From an uncultured virus (IMG/VR IMGVR_UViG_3300035696_000009) (Duplodnaviria > Heunggongvirae > Uroviricota > Caudoviricetes): 64,000 nt of DNA. The notes beneath the pieces were generated by a model. It saw only the letters and a list, made by a program, of their open reading frames with translations. It was not told the origin of the DNA and did not search any database. The stretch's first letter is position 1, and the number at the start of each line of letters is the position of its first letter. The translations under genes were made by a program, and so were the position numbers. Positions 1-9,310 of the stretch are shown here, piece by piece. The DNA is taken from IMG/VR virus record IMGVR_UViG_3300035696_000009. The stretch is one strand, 5' to 3'.

Positions 1-142
1 GAACCTCCGCCGAGAGGTTCGCGAGGATGGGCCTGCCACCGTACGCGAGTCCGATGTCCTTGATGCTGACGAGAACGTCCTTCAACTCGTAGGAGACGCG
101 AGCACCGTTCTGCCCGATCGGATGAAAAGCCTCGATTTGCAC
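1..142 (-). CDS. ABC transporter ATP-binding protein, N-terminal part (runs off window)
   Basis: Manual translation from GTG at 142: MQIEAFHPIGQNGARVSYELKDVLVSIKDIGLAYGGRPILANLSAEV, typical start of an ABC ATPase; permease gene upstream. Confidence 0.65.
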   Translation of the reverse strand, partial: MQIEAFHPIGQNGARVSYELKDVLVSIKDIGLAYGGRPILANLSAEV

Positions 143-145
143 TTG

Positions 146-520
146 TCATCCGTGCGAGAGGAGCACCATCACGAACTGACCGTCGCCCGTGACGAAGAAC
201 TCGTGGCAGATGACGTTCTCGACAGTGTCCGCTGTCTTGCTCATCATCTCCTCGATCTCCTCGGGATCGAGATCGAGAGAACCGAGCAAAACAGTCGTGA
301 GCTTGACGGGATAACCCGTCTCGCCGTCGCGATAACCGAGTGACAGCACGAGCTGCTTCGAGCTTTCGAGGTACTCGACACCCACACTCTTGATCGCCGT
401 AGTACCGGTACAAGAGAATTTCTCGACCTCGGTGGCGATCTTGTGCATCGCATCTCCGTACGGCATCCCGGCTTCTGAGATGAACACCTTGAACTTCGAA
501 TGGACTTGACCCTTGATCAT
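146..520 (-). CDS. hypothetical protein
   Basis: 124-aa ORF, purine-rich RBS upstream, fits operon packing. Confidence 0.75.
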   Translation of the reverse strand: MIKGQVHSKFKVFISEAGMPYGDAMHKIATEVEKFSCTGTTAIKSVGVEYLESSKQLVLSLGYRDGETGYPVKLTTVLLGSLDLDPEEIEEMMSKTADTVENVICHEFFVTGDGQFVMVLLSHG

Positions 521-547
521 GTTCTCTCTCCTTCTCTTTCGTGATTC

Positions 548-955
548 TCAACCCCAGCACTCGAGATAATTCTGTTCGGCATCCACGTCGTGAATCTCCT
601 TCGCGGCGTCGAGCAGGTAGAGGAAAATGTTGCCGTCGGTCTGCGTGTCGACTGGGACGAGCACGTCGTTCCCGGCTCTCAGGATCCAGCAGTCGTGGTC
701 GCGCTGGGTGTAGACGTGGCCGCTGTAGATCTCCTTACCTTCCTCGGCCATGGCCGACGTGATGGGTTTCGGCGAACGAACAATCGAGGAGCCCCTGCCA
801 GTGAGCTTGTCACCACCGGCAACCATCCAGTAGGAATCGCGCTCATCCTCGAGCGGGATCACTTTCCAACTGTCGACCCACCCGAGAGCCTCTTTGATGG
901 CTTTCTCGAGTGTGAAGTACTGGTCGATGGCGTCGTTGAGCTGCTTGGGATTCAT
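548..955 (-). CDS. hypothetical protein
   Basis: 135-aa ORF, ATGA overlap with upstream gene. Confidence 0.75.
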   Translation of the reverse strand: MNPKQLNDAIDQYFTLEKAIKEALGWVDSWKVIPLEDERDSYWMVAGGDKLTGRGSSIVRSPKPITSAMAEEGKEIYSGHVYTQRDHDCWILRAGNDVLVPVDTQTDGNIFLYLLDAAKEIHDVDAEQNYLECWG

Positions 956-1176
956 CTGGACTTCGCCTTCTTCTCTGCCCGGTCAAGGAGGATGGATTTG
1001 GCGAGATTGTCGAGAAGCATGACGAGATCGCAGCCGTATTCTTCTTGGATGGAAGAGCGGTCGGGTCTCATCTCTTTCACGCGAGCCTCCAGCCACCCGG
1101 CGATTGTGAGTAGTTCAGTCGGGAGCATCGAGTCGAGTGCGTCAGCGCCGTGTGTCTTTTTCGACGGTTCCGTCAT
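952..1176 (-). CDS. hypothetical protein (MTEPSKK...)
   Basis: 3' part of the 952..1857 ORF; ATG at 1176 overlaps the permease stop. Confidence 0.6.
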   Translation of the reverse strand: MTEPSKKTHGADALDSMLPTELLTIAGWLEARVKEMRPDRSSIQEEYGCDLVMLLDNLAKSILLDRAEKKAKSR

Positions 1177-1952
1177 TGTCGCTCCAGCGTGAGGCTCGCA
1201 TACGGGCAGAGGATGCGCCGAAGCCACGAGAGCGCGAGATCCTGGAGCACGCCGACGACGAGGACAAGGAGCTGGATCGCGAAGACGGCATCGAGCGCGA
1301 CGTGTTTGTCCTCGGCGAGCATCATCGAGCCGAGGCCGCCCTCGAAGCGGACGAGACCCTCGACGAGCGTGAGCATCACCCAGCCCATCGCCGCGTTCTG
1401 CCTGACGGCGTCGAGCACCGCGTCGAGATGGCCGAGCACGACGATCTCGACGACGGCGCCCCACGGCGACATGCGGAGCGTGCGCGCGTGGTCGAACTCT
1501 TCCTTCGGGATGGCCTCGACGACGTCGTAGAGGCTCGTCACGAGAAAGACGCCCATGCCGAACACGAGGAGCGCGACCTTGAGCGCGTGGCCGCCGCCAA
1601 AGGCGAGCGTGAAGGCGACCGTGAGGCCCGTGAGTCCCAAAAAACGCATCTTCGAGAGCGTGCGCACGAAGGGCCTCGCGGCTGGGAGCACCGTGAGGTA
1701 CGCGAGCGGAATCGTGAGCAGACACGAAAGACCGATGGCCTGGAAATTTGTCGTGAGGCTCACGAAGAGCTGCTGAGCGAGTCCCTGGTCCGCGAGCCGC
1801 GGGTACGCGCGAAGAACGTCCATAGGTCCGGGCATGAACGTCGGTCGCAGGCCCCACGCGATGAAGAAGAGCGCAACGGTGCCAGCACCGAGAATGAAGT
1901 GCACGCGCTTCGAGACGCGACCGTTGGGGATCCAGGCGTCGCGGAAGGCCAT
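1173..1952 (-). CDS. ABC transporter permease (NitT/TauT/SsuC-like)
   Basis: Several TM segments; EAA-like loop IPKEEFDHARTLRMS; GWVMLTLVEGLVRFEGGLG. Confidence 0.85.
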   Translation of the reverse strand: MAFRDAWIPNGRVSKRVHFILGAGTVALFFIAWGLRPTFMPGPMDVLRAYPRLADQGLAQQLFVSLTTNFQAIGLSCLLTIPLAYLTVLPAARPFVRTLSKMRFLGLTGLTVAFTLAFGGGHALKVALLVFGMGVFLVTSLYDVVEAIPKEEFDHARTLRMSPWGAVVEIVVLGHLDAVLDAVRQNAAMGWVMLTLVEGLVRFEGGLGSMMLAEDKHVALDAVFAIQLLVLVVGVLQDLALSWLRRILCPYASLTLERQ

Positions 1953-2104
1953 TAGGAAAGGTCCTTTAACAAGATGATCTCGAACCCATCGTGCTCTTCT
2001 CCATCGAAGATGACCTCTAGCTTGCGATCCTTCAGGATCTCGTTGACAGCGACGATGATGTTGAGCACGTCGTCGTCGTATTCGATTCTTGCCGTTTTGC
2101 TCAT
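1952..2104 (-). CDS. small hypothetical protein
   Basis: MSKTARIEYDDD..., AAGGA RBS upstream, stop abuts permease start. Confidence 0.55.
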   Translation of the reverse strand: MSKTARIEYDDDVLNIIVAVNEILKDRKLEVIFDGEEHDGFEIILLKDLS

Positions 2105-2149
2105 GCTCAGGTTTCCATCCTTCGTAGAGAAGTGATCTCGCTTCTTTCC

Positions 2150-2896
2150 ACTGTCCGGCCTTTCCACTCCCGTCCGATACGATCGCTTCCTATCCGATCG
2201 ATTCCGTTCCTGTTCTCCGGCCGCTCCAGTCCATTCATTTCATTCCTCTTCCGGCCCTTCCGTTTCCACTCCAGTCGACTCGCCTCCTATCGGGTCCGTT
2301 CCCTGTACTGGCCTGTCCTCTCGATTCCGCTATCCGGCCGATCCTGTTCCCTTCTTTCCTATCCTATCCTCTCCAGATACATTCCGCTTTTCCGGCCAGT
2401 CCGGTCGTCTTCGTTCCATTATCAACCGTTCCTGTACTTTCCTCTCCATTCCTCTCCATCCGCTCCCTTTTGACCGGCCGCTTCGTTCCCTCACGCCTCC
2501 GCTCGCTCCTATCCATTTTCCGACCAATTCTCGTTCCGGTCCTGTCCTATCCCTTACGATCCTTTCCTCGTCACTCCATTCCCATCGATTCCATTTCCGG
2601 CCGGTCCGTTCGATTCTGTTCCGTTCGGTTCCCCTACGATACATTCCGTTTTTCCGGCCAGTCCTGTCACTTCGACTCCAATACGTTCATGTCCCGTCCA
2701 ATCCATTACCGGCCGATCCGCTCCACACCGATCCCGCCACGTCCGTTCCGCTCGCTTCCAATCAGTTCCATTTACCGGCCGATCCATTACTCTCCTGTCG
2801 ATCCATTACTCTCCTGTCGGCTCCGTTACCGGCCGTTCCACTCCTATACCGTCCAGTCCTGTCCCTTCCTTTCCCCTATTACAGTCCATTCTTACG
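2150..2896 (-). repeat. Non-coding pentamer array (GGA-NN)n segmented by GGCCGG; candidate guide-RNA array
   Basis: Plus strand shows NN-TCC 5-nt periodicity; CCGGCC at 2155, 2217, 2251, 2334, 2392, 2474, 2597, 2654, 2709, 2775, 2829, with degenerate copies at 2308 and 2520; starts right after the stop of 2897..3487. Confidence 0.85.
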
Positions 2897-3487
2897 TTAT
2901 TCAGCAGCATCGATGTTGAGAGAGTCGTCGAAGCGCCTGAGCGCTCGCTTCACATCTGAAAGCAACGCCACAAGCGCTGACTGGTTGGCATCGATGGCGG
3001 CGAGCTGTGCCTCGGTCGCTCCGACCCAGGATCGTAGATACTGCGCGCGAATCCTTGCCAGAGCGTCACGATCCTCTTTCGTTTTGCGAATCTGCCGGAG
3101 AGGGCGGCGCCCCGCGTCGCGAGTCGCGGTCCTCGGCATGTGCACGAGCGAACGCGTCTGCACGCGGATGACCTTGCCAGGTTCTTGAGTGACGATGACT
3201 GAGATGCGGACCTCATTCATCAGATGGCCGATTTGGCTGATCCAATGTTGATGAGCAGCCTTCTCGACGTCACGTTCGAGGTAACGCCTCAACGGGTGTG
3301 ACTTGTCGGCGAGCACCTGTTCGAGCACAAACTCGGGTGTGAGCGAGTTTCGCCAATCTCCGCCGCCAGTCATCTCGGTGAAGATGATCCAGGCCTCACG
3401 GATCTCTTCGACCGTGTATTTGCCCCTCGCAGTGATCCTAGGGGCCCGCACTTTGTTGACGCGAGCCCCTTTCTTTGTCGACGTCAT
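2897..3487 (-). CDS. conserved phage-type protein, partner of the RAMP-like gene
   Basis: Motif LTPEFVLEQVLADKSHPLRRYLERDVEKAAHQHWISQIGHLM; translationally coupled to upstream gene (ATGA overlap). Confidence 0.75.
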   Translation of the reverse strand: MTSTKKGARVNKVRAPRITARGKYTVEEIREAWIIFTEMTGGGDWRNSLTPEFVLEQVLADKSHPLRRYLERDVEKAAHQHWISQIGHLMNEVRISVIVTQEPGKVIRVQTRSLVHMPRTATRDAGRRPLRQIRKTKEDRDALARIRAQYLRSWVGATEAQLAAIDANQSALVALLSDVKRALRRFDDSLNIDAAE

Positions 3488-4323
3488 GACACTTCGCCGT
3501 GGGACTGAGCACCGTTCGAGCGGCTCTTGCTTTTGTTCTTGCCACCACCCTTGATGCGCTCCATCTCTTCGTGCACCTGAGCTTGGGTAATGCCCTTGGT
3601 CTTCATTGCCGTCATGAGTGCGGGCGGGATGACGAGCCTACGCTCGGGTGAAGAGCAAGCCTTCATGATGCGATCGGTTTCGTTTACGTGAAGGCCCTTG
3701 ATCTTGAAAAAGCCGTACTCACCGTTCTTTTCCGTTCGCCAGTCGCCGAGACCGACCAGCTCGCCCATGGCGGAGAGCGCCCAGGCCACGTGTTCCATGG
3801 GAACCTGATCGACGATCACCTTGACGACGATTTCGATCATCCACTCATCGTAGCGCGGCCGTGCGCGGACGTCGGGAGTGCGGTTCGACCAAGAGCCGAC
3901 GCGGACGACGTCGTGCTGAAGTTCGGCTGTGGCGGCCTTGCGACCCTTTGGGTCGAGGATGGGAGAGGTGAAGCCCGTCACGCGAACCGCGCGCCGCATC
4001 GCCGAAGCGTTGAGTTGCTTTCGACTCGCGGCGACGGCCGTGAGCATACCGGCCTTGATCCATCGACAAGGGATCACCTCCTCGCCCCGCTCGTTGAATG
4101 CGTGGGCGTCCACGAACTCGCGCTCGAGATCCTTGGGTTCGCGTTCAGAGTCGAGAGGCGTACCGTCCTGGCGACAGCCGACCATCTTTTCGAGCATCTC
4201 GGTGAACGATTTCTGGCCGAATGCGTGGACCAGCATCGGACCGGTACCGATGAGCGCGTAGCAGGCACTATGTGCCTCGATGGAGGGCAGCTTCAGATTG
4301 ATGGACTTGTTTGATGAACGCAT
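3484..4323 (-). CDS. Cas7/RAMP-like RNA-binding protein (stand-alone)
   Basis: IPCRWIKAGM resembles the RAMP IPGSSLKG motif; C-terminal Gly-rich loop GELVGLGDWRTEKNGEYGFF; AAGGAA RBS before ATG 4323. Confidence 0.7.
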   Translation of the reverse strand: MRSSNKSINLKLPSIEAHSACYALIGTGPMLVHAFGQKSFTEMLEKMVGCRQDGTPLDSEREPKDLEREFVDAHAFNERGEEVIPCRWIKAGMLTAVAASRKQLNASAMRRAVRVTGFTSPILDPKGRKAATAELQHDVVRVGSWSNRTPDVRARPRYDEWMIEIVVKVIVDQVPMEHVAWALSAMGELVGLGDWRTEKNGEYGFFKIKGLHVNETDRIMKACSSPERRLVIPPALMTAMKTKGITQAQVHEEMERIKGGGKNKSKSRSNGAQSHGEVS

Positions 4324-4474
4324 GATTTTATAATTCCTTTCTCTTGTGATGATTCTTGTGTGGCGGTTACCTATCCGCACCTAGCAAGTCGATAGTCGTT
4401 ACGATGCTTGACGCAATAGCTCTTAGCTCTATTGAGGGAGCGCTACGCTCTCGGCGCCAAGGGTCATTCCCATT

Positions 4475-5080
4475 TCAGCCTCCGTCGTCCTCGTCGTCGT
4501 CATCGTAGACAACGCGACCTCGTTTCGTCGTGACCTCGTTGTTCTCGACGACGATCTTGCCGGTGTCGCTTCGGTCTTCTCCGACCCACTCGACTTCGCC
4601 GTTGAGCACGTAACCCCATTTCGCCAAGAAGTGATGGATCAGGTACTGGAGCCATTCGACGTAGTTGTAGAACTTCTCACCACCATCCCACTCGATCGCA
4701 GTGCCCTCCTCATTCGGTACCCATTGGCACCAGAGCCCCGGCTGTCCCTCGGGCGGTTCGTTGTAGTTGATGATCGAATCGTCTTTGCTCTGACCACCGA
4801 AGCCGGCGCCGCCGACGAAGTACGCCCCGCTCGGCCCGATGGGAAGACCAGTGGCAACGCGTGCCGGGTCCGGCATGCTGTTGCATGGGCTCCACCCATC
4901 TCCGGCTCCCGCTCGGTAAGCGTTCCGCTTGATCTTCTCAAGGCGACCTGCGTCCATGTCTTCTTGGGTCAAGCGCTCCATTCGCCGCGTCTCTCCGAAC
5001 GCTCGGAGATACTGTGTGTGCTCCGGCTTGAGCGGCTTGTCGATCTTGAACTCGCCTGAGAAATTTGTCGTGTAGCCCAT
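4475..5080 (-). CDS. conserved phage-type hypothetical protein
   Basis: MGYTTNFSGEF...PGLWCQWVP...WDGGEKFYNYVEWLQYLI. Confidence 0.75.
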   Translation of the reverse strand: MGYTTNFSGEFKIDKPLKPEHTQYLRAFGETRRMERLTQEDMDAGRLEKIKRNAYRAGAGDGWSPCNSMPDPARVATGLPIGPSGAYFVGGAGFGGQSKDDSIINYNEPPEGQPGLWCQWVPNEEGTAIEWDGGEKFYNYVEWLQYLIHHFLAKWGYVLNGEVEWVGEDRSDTGKIVVENNEVTTKRGRVVYDDDDEDDGG

Positions 5081-5083
5081 GTA

Positions 5084-6865
5084 TCACTCCGCCGTGCCCA
5101 TGATGACGTCGACGCGGCGGTTCTTGCTGCGCCCGGCTTCCGTGTCGTTCGTCGCGACGGGCTTGTCCTGCCCGAACGCCTTGACGGTGAAGCGGTCGGC
5201 GGGGAAGTTCGTCGTCGACTGCTTCATGAGCCAGTCCTTGACCGCGTTCGCGCGGCTCTGCGAGAGCGCCTTGTTGCCGGACGCGTCGCCCGTGTTGTCG
5301 GTGTGGCCGTCGATCTCGATGACGAGGTCGGTGATGACGAGGTCCTTCTCGAGCGCGTCGAGGGTCTTCTGCGCGTCGGGGGAGAACGCGGCGCTGCCGG
5401 TCTGGAACGTGATGCTCCAGCTCTTCTTCGAGACGACGCTCGTGATGGCAGCGCCGCTCTTGAACGTGGCGACGTCCGCGGACGTGGTCGCGACGGGAGC
5501 CTTCTTCAGGAGGTCCTCGACGTAGGACGTGTCGAGCACGTCCGAGACGGGCGGGTAGCTCCCCACGATCTTCGGGTACTGCTGGACGGCGATGTCGCCG
5601 AAGGTCGTGTACGTGGCGGCGAAGAGGTTCACGGACCCGGGCGCGAGGCCGAAGACCTGCGCGTTGTCGGCGAGGTCCGAGACCGACGAGCCGCCGAGCG
5701 GCACCATGAGCCCCTGCTTGTCTTTCTCGGTCTCGCCCTTGAAGTAGCGAACCCAATACGGGCCGTCGGATTCCTTGTAGACGGCGGCGCTGATCTCGCC
5801 GGCGCGCGCGAGCGCGTCGGGGTACGCGCGGACCTGGTCGGCCGCGTCGAAGGACGCCTGGAGGATGCCCTCGACGACGTCGCGGTGGAGCCGATCCCAC
5901 TTCTTGATGCCGATGAGCGCGCACGGCATCTGGCTCCGGTACTCCTTGGTCGAGACGATCGACTGGAGGCCGCCCTTCTGCTGCGCGACGTTGACGTCGC
6001 CGGGCGTCCACGTGACGACGGCGTTCACGCACACGTTCTTGGTCTGGCCCGTGCGGCGCCCCTGGTGCACGACGGGACGGTCCTCGCAGACGCCGAGGAT
6101 GTACTTCTTCGGGGCCTCGAGAAAGTTGTCGACGTTCACCCAGTTGAGCGCGTCGGGGTCGTACGTCGTCTCGTCGGGGTTATTGAGGATGCCGTTGTCG
6201 CCGGCCCATTTCATGGCGACGTTCCAGTCGCCGTCGCGGATCACGCCGGCGATGAGCGCGCCCTGGGCCTTCTTCGGGCTGTCCTTCCACTCGGCGGGGC
6301 CCATGAACTTGTCCTCGCCGCGCGAGTAGCCGAGGACGCCGACGGTCTCGGCGGTGCAGTCGGCGCAGATCTTCTTCAGGTCCGCGTTGAGCCCAGCGAA
6401 CCAGCTCGGAGTGCCGTCGCCCATGAGCGTGATGAAGTGCACGCCGTCCGTCCCCTCGATGTTCTTGGCGACGTTCTTCGCGAGGGCCATGAGCTGAGCG
6501 GCCATCTTGCTGGTGTCGTCCTCGCGGGTGAAGTGGAGGTTCACGTTGCGTGCAGCCATGAGCGAGCCCTGCGTCGTGTCGGCGCCGCCGTTCGCGTAGA
6601 GCAGGCCCATCTGCGCGTTCCACGCCCACACCATCGCGCGCACGTCCGTACCCTTGCCAGTAGCGACGGTGCCCGGGAGCGGCGTCTTCGGGACCGACGC
6701 GCTCTGCACGGTGTTCTCTTTCAGCGTCGGCAGCTCCGCCGTCTTCGGGACCTCGGCCTCATGTCCGGGCATCTTGCCGACGACGGCCCGGATGCCGAAG
6801 AAGAGTCCCACTGCACCGAGGATCGCGATGAGGACGACGGGCCCACGCTTGATTCTGATCGCCAT
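5084..6865 (-). CDS. substrate-binding-domain / OmpA C-terminal domain fusion protein
   Basis: N-terminal TM anchor; C-terminal OmpA motifs [33 protein letters not shown]. Confidence 0.85.
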   Translation of the reverse strand: MAIRIKRGPVVLIAILGAVGLFFGIRAVVGKMPGHEAEVPKTAELPTLKENTVQSASVPKTPLPGTVATGKGTDVRAMVWAWNAQMGLLYANGGADTTQGSLMAARNVNLHFTREDDTSKMAAQLMALAKNVAKNIEGTDGVHFITLMGDGTPSWFAGLNADLKKICADCTAETVGVLGYSRGEDKFMGPAEWKDSPKKAQGALIAGVIRDGDWNVAMKWAGDNGILNNPDETTYDPDALNWVNVDNFLEAPKKYILGVCEDRPVVHQGRRTGQTKNVCVNAVVTWTPGDVNVAQQKGGLQSIVSTKEYRSQMPCALIGIKKWDRLHRDVVEGILQASFDAADQVRAYPDALARAGEISAAVYKESDGPYWVRYFKGETEKDKQGLMVPLGGSSVSDLADNAQVFGLAPGSVNLFAATYTTFGDIAVQQYPKIVGSYPPVSDVLDTSYVEDLLKKAPVATTSADVATFKSGAAITSVVSKKSWSITFQTGSAAFSPDAQKTLDALEKDLVITDLVIEIDGHTDNTGDASGNKALSQSRANAVKDWLMKQSTTNFPADRFTVKAFGQDKPVATNDTEAGRSKNRRVDVIMGTAE

Positions 6866-7128
6866 GTTCCTTCTCTTTCTTTTTCCCGGCCGCGTTTCCT
6901 GGGCGCGATCCGAGCAACGGATTCAGACGGTGGAGATTCCGCCGCAGCTCATGCCTTGGCGAGGCCTTGGGACAGCCTCTTGGCAGTCGCATTTCGGATC
7001 GCCGCATCGAACCTGCAGCCGATCCCAGGTGGGGACGACGTGGAGCCCTCCGTGATGCTTCGCCAAGCAACACCGGACAGTCATGGCCGGAATCTTGGCG
7101 TTGCATAATTTCTTGGTCTTGGGGGACC

Positions 7129-8178
7129 TCATCGCTTCGCGTCCTTGTTCTCGAACAGTTCCGAGAAGCTGTCGGGCGAGACCTCCTCCTCGCCGACGCG
7201 CACGTTCTTCACCGTCGACGTTGCGTCGGTCGAGACGCGCACGTTCGGGTTCTTGCCCTCCTTCTCCCACTTCTCGAGCTGGGCGAGCGCGCTGTCCTCG
7301 TACGCGAGGTTATCGAGGTCGGCGCCGTTGATCATGCTCTTCGAGACCTCCATGAAGTACTCGATCTGTCCCATCTTCTCGGAGTAGTCCTCGGCGAGCT
7401 TGTCGAGCGTCTGGTCGTAGAGTTCCTTCTCGGCCCCGCCCGACGCCATCATCTTCTGCGCGCGCTGGAAAGCGGAGAAGCCCTTCGTGACCATCTTGTA
7501 CTCCTCGGTCCGGAGCTTCACGTCCGCCTGGATGTCCTGCATGAGCATCGACGAGGTGTCGCGCATCTTCTTGAGCGCCTTGAGGAGGTTGTCCATCCGG
7601 ACGAGGAGCGCCGAGAGCGTCTTGTTCGAGGCCTCGAGACGACCGGCCTGCCTGCCCGAGAGCTGCATCTGGCCGCGCATGTCGGCGGCGTTGTCGCCGC
7701 CCTGCTCCATGATCTTCTTGGCCTGCGCGGCGCGCTGAAGCTCGTGGACGCGCTCCTCCTCGTTCTTCGAGATGAAGGACGCGAGCTGGTCGCGCTGCCC
7801 CTGGAGGCTCCCGATGGCCTCCTCCATCTCCGAGAGGCGCTCCTTGAGGCGCGCGACGTACGTGTTGAGGATCCCGATCGGGTCGATGTCGATGAACTGC
7901 CGCGTGAGCCAGCGCGTGAGCGACCGGTACCCGTAGAGCGCGAGCGTGCGCATCTTCGGGTCGAGCACCACCCAGAGCATGGCGCCGAGCGCTGCGCATG
8001 CGCCCGCGAGCTTGAGGGTGTTCGTCGCCATCTCGAGCAGGAACGGGACGATGAGGCCCCAGTAGTAGATCCCGGTCGCGGCAATCGCGCCGACGAGGAG
8101 GAGGGTCACGAGGTTCCGGCCCCACGCCTCGCGGGACTTGAGGAGATCCGACATCTTGTTCGATTCGGTCATGGTCAT
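7129..8178 (-). CDS. membrane-anchored PspA/IM30-like coiled-coil protein
   Basis: Two N-terminal TM helices, then IDPIGIL and a long coiled coil; ATGA overlap at 8175-8178. Confidence 0.65.
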   Translation of the reverse strand: MTMTESNKMSDLLKSREAWGRNLVTLLLVGAIAATGIYYWGLIVPFLLEMATNTLKLAGACAALGAMLWVVLDPKMRTLALYGYRSLTRWLTRQFIDIDPIGILNTYVARLKERLSEMEEAIGSLQGQRDQLASFISKNEEERVHELQRAAQAKKIMEQGGDNAADMRGQMQLSGRQAGRLEASNKTLSALLVRMDNLLKALKKMRDTSSMLMQDIQADVKLRTEEYKMVTKGFSAFQRAQKMMASGGAEKELYDQTLDKLAEDYSEKMGQIEYFMEVSKSMINGADLDNLAYEDSALAQLEKWEKEGKNPNVRVSTDATSTVKNVRVGEEEVSPDSFSELFENKDAKR

Positions 8179-8837
8179 GCTTTCGGCATCGCGTCGATGC
8201 GGCGCTTCTGGTCTTCGAGTCGCGAGACAACCTGCGCGTGGGCGGCGTTGAACCCACCGAGCACGGCGTCGAGCCGGTGGGCCTCGTCCTGCATGTTCTG
8301 GATGTCGGTCTCGCGCTTCGTCTTGAGCGATGCGATCTTCTCCTGGATAGCCTTGATCTGCTCCTCGCTCGACGCGATAAGCTGCTCGCTCGCGGTGATG
8401 GCTTCCTGGGCCGCGCCGATCTTCTTGTCCCGGGCCTCGTTGAACGAGTGCTGGAACTCGTCCTTCGCCTTCTGCATCACCGAGAGGAGCTGGTCGAGCG
8501 CGCCCGTCACGTCGGCGGGCGTCGTGTGCGTGGTCTTGAGGGCGACCTTGAAACGCGTGCGCTCGTCGGAGATGTCCTCCTTGAGAAGCTCGTACTGCTC
8601 CATGAACGCGGCGTACGGCGCGGGACACGCGGCCTGGAGCCTGGTCTCGAGCTTGGCGAGGGCCTGCGCGTCGGGCTGGGCGGCCCCGGCCTGGCGGAGG
8701 ACGTCGTGCGCCTCTTGCTGCGCGCGGTGCATCTCGGCCGGGAGCGGGGTGTTCCGCGCGGGCTTGTCGGGGACTTCCTCGGCGACGATGTTCTTCAGGA
8801 ACCCGAACACCGACGTCCTCTTCGCTGCGTCCGTCAT
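8175..8837 (-). CDS. coiled-coil hypothetical protein (MTDAAKRTSVFGFLK...)
   Basis: Coupled start at 8837; heptad-rich C-terminus. Confidence 0.7.
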   Translation of the reverse strand: MTDAAKRTSVFGFLKNIVAEEVPDKPARNTPLPAEMHRAQQEAHDVLRQAGAAQPDAQALAKLETRLQAACPAPYAAFMEQYELLKEDISDERTRFKVALKTTHTTPADVTGALDQLLSVMQKAKDEFQHSFNEARDKKIGAAQEAITASEQLIASSEEQIKAIQEKIASLKTKRETDIQNMQDEAHRLDAVLGGFNAAHAQVVSRLEDQKRRIDAMPKA

Positions 8838-9028
8838 TTGCCGATCCTTTCGCCGAGCCAGCCCTCGACCGCCCGCGTGACGGCGTCGGAGACGGAGCAG
8901 TCCTCCTCGACGCACTGGAGGCGCAGGCGCCTCACGGTGTCGTGCGGGAGGTGGACCGCGAGCCTCTTGCCGCCCTCGGGGCGTCGCCGCCGGCTGGCCC
9001 CGTTCGTCGTCTTCTTCCGTTTACTCAT
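8834..9028 (-). CDS. ribbon-helix-helix (CopG-like) regulator
   Basis: KRLAVHLPHDTVRRLRLQCVEEDCSVSDAVTRAVEGWL. Confidence 0.7.
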   Translation of the reverse strand: MSKRKKTTNGASRRRRPEGGKRLAVHLPHDTVRRLRLQCVEEDCSVSDAVTRAVEGWLGERIGK

Positions 9029-9029
9029 G

Positions 9030-9065
9030 GTGCTAGAGGACTAAGGGACTACAGTGCTCGAGGAC
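9030..9065. promoter_or_regulatory. direct-repeat operator candidate
   Basis: GTGCTAGAGGAC (9030) and GTGCTCGAGGAC (9054) directly upstream of the RHH gene. Confidence 0.45.
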
Positions 9066-9310
9066 CGCCTGCAAGCTAAATCGATCGAACCGCCCGTCAA
9101 GGGTCGCTCACCGCGACACCCATCCCTGGCGCTTCGCCTCGTCCACGCGGTCGACGTGCGGGGTCTTGACGCGCGGTTTCTGCGAGCCGCGGCATAGTTG
9201 GCGGGCGCGGGCGCCGCACGAGGGGTACCGGACGCGCAACACTCGCTCGGCATATGTGAGGGGCTCGGCCTTGATGCGTCCCGTCCCGTGGCACTTCGGG
9301 CACTTCGGCA

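Noticed and set aside
2150..2896. Calling the array a CRISPR array
   Set aside because: No 23-50-nt direct repeat with unique spacers; the only constants are a 6-nt separator and a 3-nt scaffold, and no cas1/cas2 is adjacent
2132..2919. ORFs 2132..2473, 2330..2644, 2470..2919 and 2554..2787
   Set aside because: Low-complexity S/R/P/F or G/R/E translations produced by the 5-nt periodic array; no credible start context
5303..8880. Long plus-strand ORFs (601 aa, 637 aa) and similar ones at 27215, 49351 and 57133
   Set aside because: Antisense shadows of real high-GC3 genes on the minus strand
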